From: an uncultured Candidatus Saccharibacteria bacterium | GTDB taxonomy: Bacteria; Patescibacteriota; CPR2; UBA1875; CAIMLA01 | DNA: 64,000 nt | Direction: 5' to 3' | Assembly: GCA_964594415.1 (NCBI GenBank) | Contig: CAZQLQ010000001.1 | Location: forward strand, 28,850 to 92,849 | Shown here: positions 9,434 to 19,427 of the stretch, in pieces | Layout: every line of letters starts with the position of its first letter | Position numbering within the stretch: the first letter of the stretch is position 1 | Translations under genes and position numbers: made by a program | The notes under the pieces: model-generated | Seen by the model: only the letters and a program-made list of their open reading frames with translations | Databases searched by the model: none | Told to the model about the DNA's origin: nothing

Positions 9434-10210
9434 ATGAAATACGAGGAATTGTTTCAGAGAAATATTGGAATATTTACCCAAAAAGAACAAGAAGTCTTGA
9501 GAAATTCCACTGTTACTATTGCAGGGGTTGGTGGCGTTGGAGGAATTGTTCTTGAAAGACTTGTGCGTTTGGGCGTAGAGAATTTTATTATCGGGGATCC
9601 TGAGAAATTTGAGGCGAATAATTTCAATAGGCAGATGTATTCCAATATTGAGACTATCGGATTGAATAAGGCGAGAGTTTTGGCTCGGGAAGTAAAGAAA
9701 ATAAATCCTAATGTTAAAATAAAATGCTTTGAAAATGGCATAAATAGGGAAAATGTTGAGGAGTTTGTTCAGTCTGACATAATAATAGATGCAATAGAAT
9801 ATAATTTACCATACCTTCTGTTTCTTCTTCATAAAGCCGCAAGAGAGAGAAATAAAATGGTATTAGCTGCTCAGGCGATAGGATTTGGCGCTACACTGTT
9901 TGTTTTTAGTAAGGATTCGATCGCATTTGAGGACTACATAGGATTAAAAAATGCTAATGTTATGACCCCGGAAAAAATAAATAATTATAAAATTCCTATA
10001 AAAAAGTTTTGTCCTATAATGCCAAAGTATGTTTCAAAAACATTAGCGCTAAAGGTTTTTTTGAGAAAAACATATATTCCTAGTTGTAGCTTGGGTGTGA
10101 TGGCAGCTGCTTCTTTGTTGGAAATTGTAGTTATTAAACAGTTGTTAGAAAGAGAAAAAATTAGATTGACGCCTAAGTACTATTTTTTAGATTTTTATAA
10201 CGATTTGTAG
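9434..10210 (+). CDS. ThiF/MoeB/E1-family adenylyltransferase
   Basis: FQRNIG, IAGVGGVGG, D-EKFEANNFNRQ, GLNKA, IIDAIE; no C-terminal CxxC zinc pairs. Confidence 0.9.
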   Translation: MKYEELFQRNIGIFTQKEQEVLRNSTVTIAGVGGVGGIVLERLVRLGVENFIIGDPEKFEANNFNRQMYSNIETIGLNKARVLAREVKKINPNVKIKCFENGINRENVEEFVQSDIIIDAIEYNLPYLLFLLHKAARERNKMVLAAQAIGFGATLFVFSKDSIAFEDYIGLKNANVMTPEKINNYKIPIKKFCPIMPKYVSKTLALKVFLRKTYIPSCSLGVMAAASLLEIVVIKQLLEREKIRLTPKYYFLDFYNDL

Positions 10211-10219
10211 AGGGTGATA

Positions 10220-12895
10220 ATGGAGGGTATTTATTTAACAGTTTTTGTTAGTTTGATAAACTTTATTCTAGGAATAATTATTTACATTCGGAACAGAAAG
10301 TCACCGGTAAATGTTTCTTTTGCTCTAACTGTTTTTTCTATAGTTTGTTGGACGATTTTTAATCATTTTGCTAATCAGCAAAACGATATGGCATTGCTTC
10401 TTACACGATTAACTATTATTTCTGGGCATTTAATAGCGTTTTTCTTATTCTTTTTCTTAAGGTCTTTTTTTAATTATAAGTTTAAAGAAGTAATTATATA
10501 TGGGGTGGAACTTTTGACTGCTACTAGTATTCTTCTTTCGATAACGCCGTTTTATGCTGAAGGGGTCAAATACATCCCAACTGGAACCGGAGTAACTTAT
10601 GGACCATTGATTATGGGATATTTTCTTACACTTTCGTTACTGATTATACTCAACGTCTTTGTTTTAGTGAAAGGTTACGTTTTGGCCGAGGGAACCTTGA
10701 GGAGTCAAGCCAAGTTTGTATTATTTGGAATAATATTGAGTTTATTTTTTGCAACCATAACTAACCTTTTAATACCGGTTATTTACAAGAGTCAACAATA
10801 TTCTCAGCTAGGTCCAGTATTCACAGTCTTCTTTGTTAGTTTTATTTTTTATGCCATTATAAAACATAGGCTCATGGATATTCGTTTAGTCGTTGCGAGG
10901 TCGTTATCTTATGCAGCACTACTGCTTATATTAGCTGTGTTTTACGCTACGGGCATTCTTGGCCTAGAGAGAATTATTTTCCCGAACTCCTCTGGCAGTA
11001 TCTCTATATATCAAGCTGCTTTTAGAATATCACTTACTGCTATAATTGCCTTCAGCTTTCAGCCGATAAAAAATTGGGTAACGGAAAGAACTGATAGAAT
11101 ATTTTTTAAGGGTCAATATAATTCTGAAGAGCTTTTGTCTGTTCTCTCACATGTTTTGAGTTCATCGATAGTTTTGATAGAACTTATCTACAAGGTTACA
11201 GATATTCTAATCAAAGAAATGCGAGTATCTCGTAGCATGTTTGTTCTTTTGGAAAACGAAAATAAGATATATACAACGCAGCTGAATGGTTATAAAAAAT
11301 CGATAAAAATAGAACCGAAGGATGTTTATATTTTAGCAAATCAACCAATGTTGATACTTAGTGAGCTTGAATATAATTCAAGAATCAAGAGCATTCTTGA
11401 TAAATACGATGGGGAGCTCTCTCTTCCACTAAAAACCGACAAAGGGCTCTTGGGAGTGTGGATTCTGGGGGAGAAAAACTCTGGAGAATCATATAGTCAG
11501 CAAGACTATCAGATTTTAGAAATATTAATACCAGAAATCGCAGTTGCTATAGAAAACGCAAAAGCTTACGAAGAAATCAGCGCTTTCAACAAGACGCTTA
11601 AGCAGGAAATCGAACATGCTACTCATAAACTAGAAATCCAGAATAGCGAGTTGATAAAAACGGGTCGTCAGCTTGAGGATCTGGTTAACTTTCTACCTGA
11701 TGCTACCTTTGCTATCGATACCAAAGGATGCGTAATTATCTGGAACAAGATGATGGAAGAGCTGACAGGCACTACTGCAGAGTCGATAATCGGCAAGGGT
11801 AATCGTAGATTTGCACATAGCTTTGGCTACAAAAAAGAGCTAACTCTTGCTGAACAGATATTACAGGGGAGCTTAGTAAAAAATGATCATTATAGAAGTA
11901 TAAGGAGAGAGGGAGACTCATTGTACGCTGAAGTTTATTTTTCTAACCTTAATGGCAACAAGGCATTCTTGGGAGCGAAGGCAGCTCCTTTGTATGATCA
12001 GGATCGAAATGTAGTTGGCGCAATAGAATCTCTGCGCGATATCTCGGAGATAAAAAAAGTCGAAAAAATACTTAGAAAGAGCAACGAGGAGTTACGTAAG
12101 ATCGATCTGGCAAAAGATGACTTTATCTCTATGGCCTCACATCAGCTTAGGACCCCAATTACTGCCATAAAAGGGTATCTTTCTATGCTTATTGAAGGCG
12201 ATGCCGGAGAGGTTAAGATTAGTCAATATGATTTTATTTTGGAAGCATATAGGGCCAGCAATCGCATGACCGGTCTAGTAAATGATCTTTTGAATGTTTC
12301 ACGAATGGAGGCTGGTAGATTCTTTCTAGAAGTAAATGAGGTTGATATTGACTCTATCATCCAAGAAGAGATGAAACAGCTTGAGGGAACAATAAGGGAG
12401 AAGGGGCTTTACTTTAGATACAAAAAGGGGAAAAATGTTCCCTCCGTTTCTGCTGACAAAACTAAGATACGGCAAGTTATAATGAATTTTATTGACAACT
12501 CGGTTTACTATACTAGAAAAGGTGGAATTACAGTTGAACTATATAAAGAGGGTGACGGCGTAGTTTTTATGGTTTCGGATACGGGAATAGGCGTTCCAAA
12601 AAATCAGCAATCCGGATTGTTTCAGAAATTCTATCGTGCCGATAACGCGAAGAATACACGTCCTGATGGAACCGGTCTCGGATTATTTCTAGCGAAAAAA
12701 GTTATTGAGAGCCATAGCGGTAAGATAATATTCAAATCTACTGAGGGGGTTGGATCAACGTTTGGATTTAAGATACCAATAAAGAATATGGCGAAAAAGT
12801 TTTCGGTAGTTATGCCAGAAGTTTCAAGCTTAGGAACAGCTATCTCTCAGGAGGCAACAAGGCAAAATTCTGATTTGGTAAAAAAGGAAAATTGA
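10220..12895 (+). CDS. Sensor histidine kinase: multi-TM (7TM-type) N-terminus, GAF, PAS, HisKA, HATPase
   Basis: TM-rich N-terminus, IIKHRLMDI, GAF (LGEKNSGESYS..AVAIENA), PAS (LPDATFAID..WN), SHQLRTP, GTGLGL. Alternative start GTG 10214. Confidence 0.93.
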   Translation: MEGIYLTVFVSLINFILGIIIYIRNRKSPVNVSFALTVFSIVCWTIFNHFANQQNDMALLLTRLTIISGHLIAFFLFFFLRSFFNYKFKEVIIYGVELLTATSILLSITPFYAEGVKYIPTGTGVTYGPLIMGYFLTLSLLIILNVFVLVKGYVLAEGTLRSQAKFVLFGIILSLFFATITNLLIPVIYKSQQYSQLGPVFTVFFVSFIFYAIIKHRLMDIRLVVARSLSYAALLLILAVFYATGILGLERIIFPNSSGSISIYQAAFRISLTAIIAFSFQPIKNWVTERTDRIFFKGQYNSEELLSVLSHVLSSSIVLIELIYKVTDILIKEMRVSRSMFVLLENENKIYTTQLNGYKKSIKIEPKDVYILANQPMLILSELEYNSRIKSILDKYDGELSLPLKTDKGLLGVWILGEKNSGESYSQQDYQILEILIPEIAVAIENAKAYEEISAFNKTLKQEIEHATHKLEIQNSELIKTGRQLEDLVNFLPDATFAIDTKGCVIIWNKMMEELTGTTAESIIGKGNRRFAHSFGYKKELTLAEQILQGSLVKNDHYRSIRREGDSLYAEVYFSNLNGNKAFLGAKAAPLYDQDRNVVGAIESLRDISEIKKVEKILRKSNEELRKIDLAKDDFISMASHQLRTPITAIKGYLSMLIEGDAGEVKISQYDFILEAYRASNRMTGLVNDLLNVSRMEAGRFFLEVNEVDIDSIIQEEMKQLEGTIREKGLYFRYKKGKNVPSVSADKTKIRQVIMNFIDNSVYYTRKGGITVELYKEGDGVVFMVSDTGIGVPKNQQSGLFQKFYRADNAKNTRPDGTGLGLFLAKKVIESHSGKIIFKSTEGVGSTFGFKIPIKNMAKKFSVVMPEVSSLGTAISQEATRQNSDLVKKEN

Positions 12896-12933
12896 AATAA
12901 AATAATTAAAACAACAAAGCGGAGGGTTAAACA

Positions 12934-14139
12934 ATGAAAAAGTTAAGGATATATGAAGCGATTACTTTATGTTTAATTGTAATAGCTGGTATAATGGTGG
13001 CTTTCGGATACACAATGGCTAGCGATAGTGGATCGTCTTCACAGGGCTCGGCTATTTATACTTCTGAATATATAGAAACACTAAATGAGCCGTATATTAT
13101 TAGTCCTACTACGGGTTCAACAATCTATGGGGAACAGCTAAATGTAAAGATTTATGCACCAAACTCACTTACGGGTAGTGGCCATAGTCAGATTTTTAAT
13201 ATAATCAACTCTAGTACGCTTACGCCGATGCTCACTAGAGAAGAACAACTAGAAAAAAATGAATATGGTGTAATAATCTTTCCAACGATAGGGCTAGCAA
13301 ATTTCCCTGATGGTGCTTATTCTCTCAGAGTTGAGCTTTCTTATCCTGACCCATATAACACTACAATTCTTATTTCTAGAAATGTCGAGCTGGATTTTAT
13401 GGTTTCTCATACAACAATTTCTACAAGTACTACAACCACTACGAAGAATATTGATACTAACACCAGTAACACAACTGTAACCACTAGAAGTACTGCTGTT
13501 TTGGCGCCGAAGCCGACCACTACAACGACAACAAAGCCCCCTATTTCTATAGTTGATGAGCAGCTTAAGGCGACTAACAATAGTAACTCCGAATATATAG
13601 GTCTTAGCATTAAAGAGGTTCAGGGCATCTTAATTAAGCAGGAAGAAGAGAAAAAACTCCCTCAGGAACTTAGGGTAGCTCCAGAAGTTACAGTTCTTAA
13701 AACTACTAATGCAGAGGTCAATATGGTAGACGATACAAAGGGAACCGTAAAATTAACAGGTAAGGCAGAGCCGAACCAATTAGTTTATTTATATATATTC
13801 TCTGAACCCATAGTAGTTTCTGTCCAGACAGACGGTAACGGAGATTGGGAATACAATTTGGATAAGGAGCTTGCGACGGGTGAACATAAAGTATATGTTG
13901 CTGTAAAGAACGATGATAGCACAGTAAAAGCTAAAAGTTCAGCATTCAGTTTTATTATTGGTCAAGCAATCGCTGCCTCTCCAACACAAAATCAAAACGC
14001 AGCTAATGCAAATAGTGCGAACTATCTCTATTACTACATTATGTTTGCTGTTTCTATTGTTACGTTAATTGTCTCAATGATTTTCTTTGTATTAACTAAG
14101 AAGAAAATAAAACAGCATGCACTTCAACTTCAAGGTTAA
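12934..14139 (+). CDS. Surface protein with Ig-like domain(s), Thr-rich linker and C-terminal TM anchor
   Basis: Signal peptide; LTGKAEPN..V.TDGNGDW..L..GEHKVYV Ig-like pattern; C-terminal TM followed by KKK. Confidence 0.8.
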   Translation: MKKLRIYEAITLCLIVIAGIMVAFGYTMASDSGSSSQGSAIYTSEYIETLNEPYIISPTTGSTIYGEQLNVKIYAPNSLTGSGHSQIFNIINSSTLTPMLTREEQLEKNEYGVIIFPTIGLANFPDGAYSLRVELSYPDPYNTTILISRNVELDFMVSHTTISTSTTTTTKNIDTNTSNTTVTTRSTAVLAPKPTTTTTTKPPISIVDEQLKATNNSNSEYIGLSIKEVQGILIKQEEEKKLPQELRVAPEVTVLKTTNAEVNMVDDTKGTVKLTGKAEPNQLVYLYIFSEPIVVSVQTDGNGDWEYNLDKELATGEHKVYVAVKNDDSTVKAKSSAFSFIIGQAIAASPTQNQNAANANSANYLYYYIMFAVSIVTLIVSMIFFVLTKKKIKQHALQLQG

Positions 14140-15490
14140 CTCAGAATTCCTTACAGACTACAAACAGCTGATTTTTAGTATTGTAATCATCATGCTAATC
14201 CCGGCTCTGATTGTATTTAATACTTATTATATTGTTACCAAAATGCAGGAAAATATGGATGTTGAACTTCGTGATAAGGCGATAATGGCAGCACAAGGAT
14301 TGAATGTATCTCTTATTAACAATCTTGAAGATAAAGAAGAAATCAAATCTAAAATTGATGAATATTCTAAATTAACTGATAATATCAAAAAAATTACAGT
14401 AATACAGAAAGAAAACGATGATTTTAGTGTTTTAACAAACCTTGGGACCGAAGCTGAGGTTATTGACGATGATGTAATGAACTACTTAAGCTGGGTTGGC
14501 TCGAACCCAATTGCGAGCTTGGTAGTGTCGGATGATGACCAGGTTGTTGGAGATAAGCAGATATTTAAAGGAGAGAGGTTTTGGTCTGTAACTTTACCTC
14601 TTAAGGACAGTGAGGGCAATAAAGTCTATTTGGCAAATATTTGGGTTTCTCTAGCCGATGTAGATTCTCTAATGTCGCAAACAGTTATGGATGCAGGGAT
14701 TATCTTAGCTATATCGATAATGGTGATATTACTATTAGTTGCAAGCAATGGACAACTTTTTAAGTATTCAATTCTTTTCCAGAAACTAAAAGAGGTTGAT
14801 CAGATGAAGGACGACTTTATTTCAATTGCCTCTCACGAGCTTAGGACGCCCCTAACGGCCATAAAAGGCTATATTTCGCTAATTGAAGATGATGAAAAGA
14901 AACATAATCTTACGAAAGATCAAAGAAACAGAATGATGAACGGAATCTCAACGAGTGCGCAAAGGCTGAATGATCTAGTTTCTGATATATTAGATGTTTC
15001 GAGGATCGAACAGGACAGAGTTAAGATTGAAATGGAAAAATGTGGAATAATTGAGATCGCTCAAAAGGTAACCAATCAATTGAGTCTTCAGGCAAAAGAT
15101 AAGAAGCTTAGGTTAGTAGAAAAGTACCCTAAAAAAGAGGTTTATTCAAACTTGGATAAGACCAAGCTAGAGCAGATACTTATTAATTTGATAGGAAACT
15201 CGATAAAATATACCCTTCAAGGGGAGATAGAAGTAAGTATTACCTCGGATGCCGTTAATAATATTATAAACATTAGAGATACGGGTATTGGGATGAACGA
15301 AGATGAAAGAAAGAAGCTGTTTACAAAGTTTTATCGTGTTCAAAGTGAGGAAACTAGAGAGGTAGTTGGTACGGGTCTTGGGCTTTGGATTACAAAACAG
15401 CTTGTCGAAACTATGGGCGGAAAAATTACCGTCGATAGTATAAAAAATGTAGGAACTCAATTTACCGTAATATTCCCAATCTATAAATAA
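14117..15490 (+). CDS. Sensor histidine kinase (2 TM, extracellular sensor, HisKA, HATPase)
   Basis: SHELRTP, NLIGNSIKY, DTGIGM, GTGLGL. Confidence 0.94.
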   Translation: MHFNFKVNSEFLTDYKQLIFSIVIIMLIPALIVFNTYYIVTKMQENMDVELRDKAIMAAQGLNVSLINNLEDKEEIKSKIDEYSKLTDNIKKITVIQKENDDFSVLTNLGTEAEVIDDDVMNYLSWVGSNPIASLVVSDDDQVVGDKQIFKGERFWSVTLPLKDSEGNKVYLANIWVSLADVDSLMSQTVMDAGIILAISIMVILLLVASNGQLFKYSILFQKLKEVDQMKDDFISIASHELRTPLTAIKGYISLIEDDEKKHNLTKDQRNRMMNGISTSAQRLNDLVSDILDVSRIEQDRVKIEMEKCGIIEIAQKVTNQLSLQAKDKKLRLVEKYPKKEVYSNLDKTKLEQILINLIGNSIKYTLQGEIEVSITSDAVNNIINIRDTGIGMNEDERKKLFTKFYRVQSEETREVVGTGLGLWITKQLVETMGGKITVDSIKNVGTQFTVIFPIYK

Positions 15491-15515
15491 AAAAAGCAGG
15501 TCTCTTGATCTGCTT
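15491..15515. terminator. Intrinsic terminator between convergent genes
   Basis: A-tract, then AAGCAGGTC-TCTT-GATCTGCTT. Confidence 0.6.
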
Positions 15516-15560
15516 ACGGGTTTTCAAAATTTTCCCTGATATAATCAGGGTTCAATTGTA

Positions 15561-15974
15561 TTAAGACTCTCTTCTGTCAATCAAATCTCCTCTCGACTTC
15601 TTGACGAGGTCTGGGTAACTAACTGTCATTAGCTCAAAAAAAGTTGCTTCATCAGTTACTTCATTCAGATAATTTACTATTTCCTCTAAAACTTTTTCGG
15701 ACAGGCTGCGTTCTGAGTCCAGATACAGGTTGATCTGGCAAGTAATTGCTAGAGATAGCTCCGGAAATGTAATTTCCGAAAGTGGGATTATGGCGTAGAT
15801 TCTTTTTTCTAGATTTTTACTGGCTATCACAGTATTGCAATAGACAACGGCGGCGCTTTCGGTAATTTCTATTATTGGAGTTCTTCCTGAAAAAACTTTC
15901 GAAGAAAGTTTATTTAGAAAAAAAATTGCATAACCGACTTTTTTTTCCTGTAGAAGATTATCCATTTTAAGCAC
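15561..15974 (-). CDS. Hypothetical protein (paralog of the adjacent gene)
   Basis: ORF; aligns by eye with 15967-16344. Confidence 0.65.
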   Translation of the reverse strand: MLKMDNLLQEKKVGYAIFFLNKLSSKVFSGRTPIIEITESAAVVYCNTVIASKNLEKRIYAIIPLSEITFPELSLAITCQINLYLDSERSLSEKVLEEIVNYLNEVTDEATFFELMTVSYPDLVKKSRGDLIDRRES

Positions 15975-16344
15975 ATCCCTTCGTTCTTGTTAGACTCTCA
16001 ATGTCTAATAAATTGATGACAAAGGTTTTCCCAATATCTTTCTTAACAGCAGCAGCGACGACTTTTAATATTTTTTCGTCCTGGATTAAGCCATCTTTTA
16101 GGTAGACGTTTGTCTTGAATCGCTCCGAGTGGTTTGTTCTTATATAAGTAGTGGAATCAAGCTGAATAATTGCGATAATTTTTTTTGAAAAAAAATTTCC
16201 GACTACTCCGTCTTTGTAGAGAATATAACAGTCGCCACTAAGTTTTATTAACGGGCTTTTTCCGGGGGATATTATATTATACAGATTCGTCAAAATGCTG
16301 CGTGCAGCGCTTTCCGCCATTATCTTTCCGAGTGCGTCTAGCAT
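15967..16344 (-). CDS. Hypothetical protein (paralog of the adjacent gene)
   Basis: AAGGAG RBS before ATG 16344 (track start 16365). Confidence 0.65.
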   Translation of the reverse strand: MLDALGKIMAESAARSILTNLYNIISPGKSPLIKLSGDCYILYKDGVVGNFFSKKIIAIIQLDSTTYIRTNHSERFKTNVYLKDGLIQDEKILKVVAAAVKKDIGKTFVINLLDIESLTRTKGCA

Positions 16345-16445
16345 CCAATTCAACTCCTTTCGCAATTAAGTTGTCAAGATTACAAAATTTTAGTTTGTGG
16401 GTGGATTATAGCTTATTTTAGGTAAAATTTCAATCTAAATATGTA

Positions 16446-17186
16446 TCAGCGAACATCTTTTATAGTAACGAATAAGGCAAACCTGACAAAGACAACAAAA
16501 AACAGGGAATAAAGGGATAGCGCATAGCTATAGCTCGCAATAGGATTTGCTCTGTGCAGAATGTTTATTGACTCAGTATATATCACCTCGCAAGCACCTG
16601 CACCACTGTCCGTTCTTTCCGTACTGGTATTCCAGGTAAAATATTTTTTTGAACCATCAGTTTTTGTAGCTATTACGTTAACCAACCTTCCTTTTATCTG
16701 TACTTCGTCTCCTATGTTAATAGCTTTTTCTGCCTTAAAAACTGAATCATCGCTTATGAGAAGGTGATTGTTTGATAGCTGATTAGGATAAAAAGAGGCG
16801 TTTTGTGAGTAATGGTAAAAACAAAATCTTTGGTCTTGCTTGAACTTGATGCTCGACAAATATGTTTTCTCTTTTACGTTATTCCCCCAGACTATGCATA
16901 AGTCATAAGGAACTGATTTGTCTATGCCCTTACTCCCAAGAGTATTGTAATTCTTTTTGCTTACTACTATTCCAGTAACGGTGTAATCATAAAGAGGAGT
17001 TGCCTTGTATTCAAATCCATCGCCAGTGAAATCAATCTCGTTGTTTGATTTTACTTCAGTTTGAATAGGATCGTTATATGTAGCTTCTGTAACATTGTTT
17101 ACTTGGGCTAATTTCCCTTTATAAAAATAGCTAATAATAAAAATTATTATTAGTATATAAGTTAATATGCTTAGAACTTTTTTCAT
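16446..17186 (-). CDS. Hypothetical membrane-anchored protein
   Basis: TM at both ends; conserved-looking motifs PYDLCIVWG, SNNHL, RTDSGAGACEVIY. Confidence 0.8.
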   Translation of the reverse strand: MKKVLSILTYILIIIFIISYFYKGKLAQVNNVTEATYNDPIQTEVKSNNEIDFTGDGFEYKATPLYDYTVTGIVVSKKNYNTLGSKGIDKSVPYDLCIVWGNNVKEKTYLSSIKFKQDQRFCFYHYSQNASFYPNQLSNNHLLISDDSVFKAEKAINIGDEVQIKGRLVNVIATKTDGSKKYFTWNTSTERTDSGAGACEVIYTESINILHRANPIASYSYALSLYSLFFVVFVRFALFVTIKDVR

Positions 17187-17206
17187 CTAATAAGGGCAGT
17201 TTAGCG

Positions 17207-17626
17207 CTAATGGCTCATGTCAATCTTTTCTATCTCTGTTGTGCACGTGTAATCAGCTATATGCAGGATATAGCCTCCATTTGTAAATTCAATATATCCT
17301 CCGCCAGTAACGTCATGCCCGTTCATTTGCTTGCCATTGCATTCAGGAGTTGCTGGTAGTTGATGATTATTCAATATAGAGGAAACTAAACATGCGCATG
17401 CAAAGTCCACATAGGTGCCAATAATAGCGGTAGGCTTATATGTATGGTTTCTTGAATAATGTGAAATAAGCGCATCTTCAAGTGTGGCAGCATTTGATCT
17501 ATGGACTGTTTCTGTTGCAGTTCTTTTTGTTGTTTTTATTGCCGCCAATATCAGAGTAGCAATAACCGAAACAATTGCCATTACAATTATTAATTCGATT
17601 ATGCTAAACCCTCTTTTCGTTCTCAT
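17207..17626 (-). CDS. Type IV pilin / pseudopilin-like protein
   Basis: Class III signal KRG|FSIIELIIVMAIV with Glu at +5. Confidence 0.88.
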   Translation of the reverse strand: MRTKRGFSIIELIIVMAIVSVIATLILAAIKTTKRTATETVHRSNAATLEDALISHYSRNHTYKPTAIIGTYVDFACACLVSSILNNHQLPATPECNGKQMNGHDVTGGGYIEFTNGGYILHIADYTCTTEIEKIDMSH

Positions 17627-17783
17627 AGGTAAATTATATATTATTTAGAAAATAATCAAATTCTTTTATTGAGTAATGTCTTACATTGAGATTATCATAT
17701 GTATTCTTCGCAATGTTGCTTGGCTCGTTCAGTTTTCGTTTAAGTCAACATTCTCAGTGCTAGTCTCAACTATATTAGGTGAT

Positions 17784-18707
17784 TTATATCAAATTGAAGC
17801 TTTCTGCCATTTCGCTGTCATATCCGGTTATTATATTAGGATCGGAGTTTGGCTTCCAAAAATTAACAGATTGACCGATGCTCCATGTATAAATCTGACT
17901 TCTTTCTTGAGAATATAAAAACATGGTTACGCCACCTAGAAAACATGCCGGTTTCCCCTCGGTTTCTTCGTTCCATTCGGGATCCGCTCCAATTATTATT
18001 CTTTCTAAATCAGTATTAAAAGTATCTTTTTGAATTATTTTACAACCCGAGTTAACGGATGAAAGAAAATCATTTATATCATTATCATTTTTTGCATTTG
18101 CTGTCATGACATGCCAACCTCCTCCGGCTATCTTGTCGTAAGCGTTTATAACCTTTTTGCATCCAGAAAAGTAACTTTTATAGCCATTTTCTTCCGAGCC
18201 TTCTCGTGATTCGCCAGTAAGCTCGTACTTATATTCAAAATCAATAATAAAGTCTCCGTTGTCTTCAAAAACTTTTACAGGGACTTCTTCGCCAAAATAT
18301 CTGTAAGAATGATCATTGTCTCTATCATTCCATCTGCAAGATCCGTCATGGGAAACAGCTTTTTTAGGGATTTTAATCGATATCCCTAAATCATAATTTT
18401 TATATAAATTCCACGTATCATCAATTGAAATTAATTCCGAGTTGGCTCTTTTGATATCAAGAGAATCATTCTCCGGTTGTAATGTAGTTTCATTCTCTTC
18501 TTTAACTATTATTTCATTTTGTTCCAAGATTGTATCGATTTGTTTTTGAAGAAATTTTATCTGTGTATCCATTATATACCAGACACTACCGCTAACTGTT
18601 CCTGTAGTGAGCAGAAAAAGAACTAAAATAATAGCTAGTCTTCTCAAATCGATATTTTTTATTTGTTTTTTTATTGAGTCTAAAAAATTCGTTACAATTT
18701 GCTTCAT
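17784..18707 (-). CDS. Membrane-anchored hypothetical protein
   Basis: N-terminal TM, coiled coil, WNLYKNYDLGISIKIP (PsbP-like start), 4 Cys. Confidence 0.8.
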   Translation of the reverse strand: MKQIVTNFLDSIKKQIKNIDLRRLAIILVLFLLTTGTVSGSVWYIMDTQIKFLQKQIDTILEQNEIIVKEENETTLQPENDSLDIKRANSELISIDDTWNLYKNYDLGISIKIPKKAVSHDGSCRWNDRDNDHSYRYFGEEVPVKVFEDNGDFIIDFEYKYELTGESREGSEENGYKSYFSGCKKVINAYDKIAGGGWHVMTANAKNDNDINDFLSSVNSGCKIIQKDTFNTDLERIIIGADPEWNEETEGKPACFLGGVTMFLYSQERSQIYTWSIGQSVNFWKPNSDPNIITGYDSEMAESFNLI

Positions 18708-18835
18708 TAGTAAAATAATAATATAAATTATTATTTTATGTAATTAAAAATTTATAAGCCGTATTAAAAATTATTTAGTATTTAGTTAACCTCTCGATTT
18801 CATCACCATCCAAATATGTAAGCGAAAGATAACGT

Positions 18836-19168
18836 TTAAAGTTTTTGAATTAGGTCAAACCAGATAACTTTCACAGTAGTCGAAGGTCCGACATCTGTTT
18901 GATAATATTTGCTGTAAGTTTTGTACATTTCTTCATTCGATTCAAATGTCTCGTGTCCCAACTTGTCTTGTGCGTCCAAATCCACAAAAGATTTTTCAAT
19001 CACTTTTGTTATTTGTGCGTTAGCGAAGTGCCTTAGCGTTATGAACTCCCTTAACTCAATAACATCGCCTACGGTTAAATTTTTATCGTCGAAAAGCCGC
19101 CAGGTTGAATTTTTTTCACCTGAGAGAACTAATGGTATTAAGTAGCTGCGAAATTTAACTATTTTCAT
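18836..19168 (-). CDS. ASCH domain protein
   Basis: MKIVKF..LVLSGEKNSTWR..L.VGD; true start ATG 19168 (track extension to 19456 crosses non-coding hairpins). Confidence 0.85.
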   Translation of the reverse strand: MKIVKFRSYLIPLVLSGEKNSTWRLFDDKNLTVGDVIELREFITLRHFANAQITKVIEKSFVDLDAQDKLGHETFESNEEMYKTYSKYYQTDVGPSTTVKVIWFDLIQKL

Positions 19169-19375
19169 TATTCTCAAATAGTAACAGAAAATTATTATAT
19201 AGAAAAATATAATTAGTTCTGTACTTTTTAGAACGGTTAAGTCGTGGGAGTAGCGGCAAGCCGCTATCACCGTTATCAAATTAACTTCTTTTAATATCAC
19301 TTTTTTATTTTTGCTTTTATCTAACTTGTTATTTATGTTCACGACTGGGGTTCTAAGCCCCGGATCTACAGAAAC

Positions 19376-19397
19376 AAAAACTCCACCGAAGTGGAGT
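19376..19397 (-). terminator. Intrinsic terminator with TTCG loop
   Basis: Minus strand ACTCCAC-TTCG-GTGGAGT-TTTTG. Confidence 0.75.
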
Positions 19398-19406
19398 CCT
19401 TGTTTC

Positions 19407-19427
19407 TGGCAGTCCCAAGGGGAGTCG
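19407..19427 (-). repeat. 21-bp duplicate of the tRNA-Glu 3' end (att-like)
   Basis: TGGCAGTCCCAAGGGGAGTCG identical to 19596-19616. Confidence 0.9.

Noticed and set aside
9434-10210. ThiF as a thiamine/molybdopterin or RiPP (MccB/PaaA-type) enzyme
   Set aside because: No sulfur carrier, thi/moa genes, RRE extension or precursor peptide visible; not fully excluded without a search
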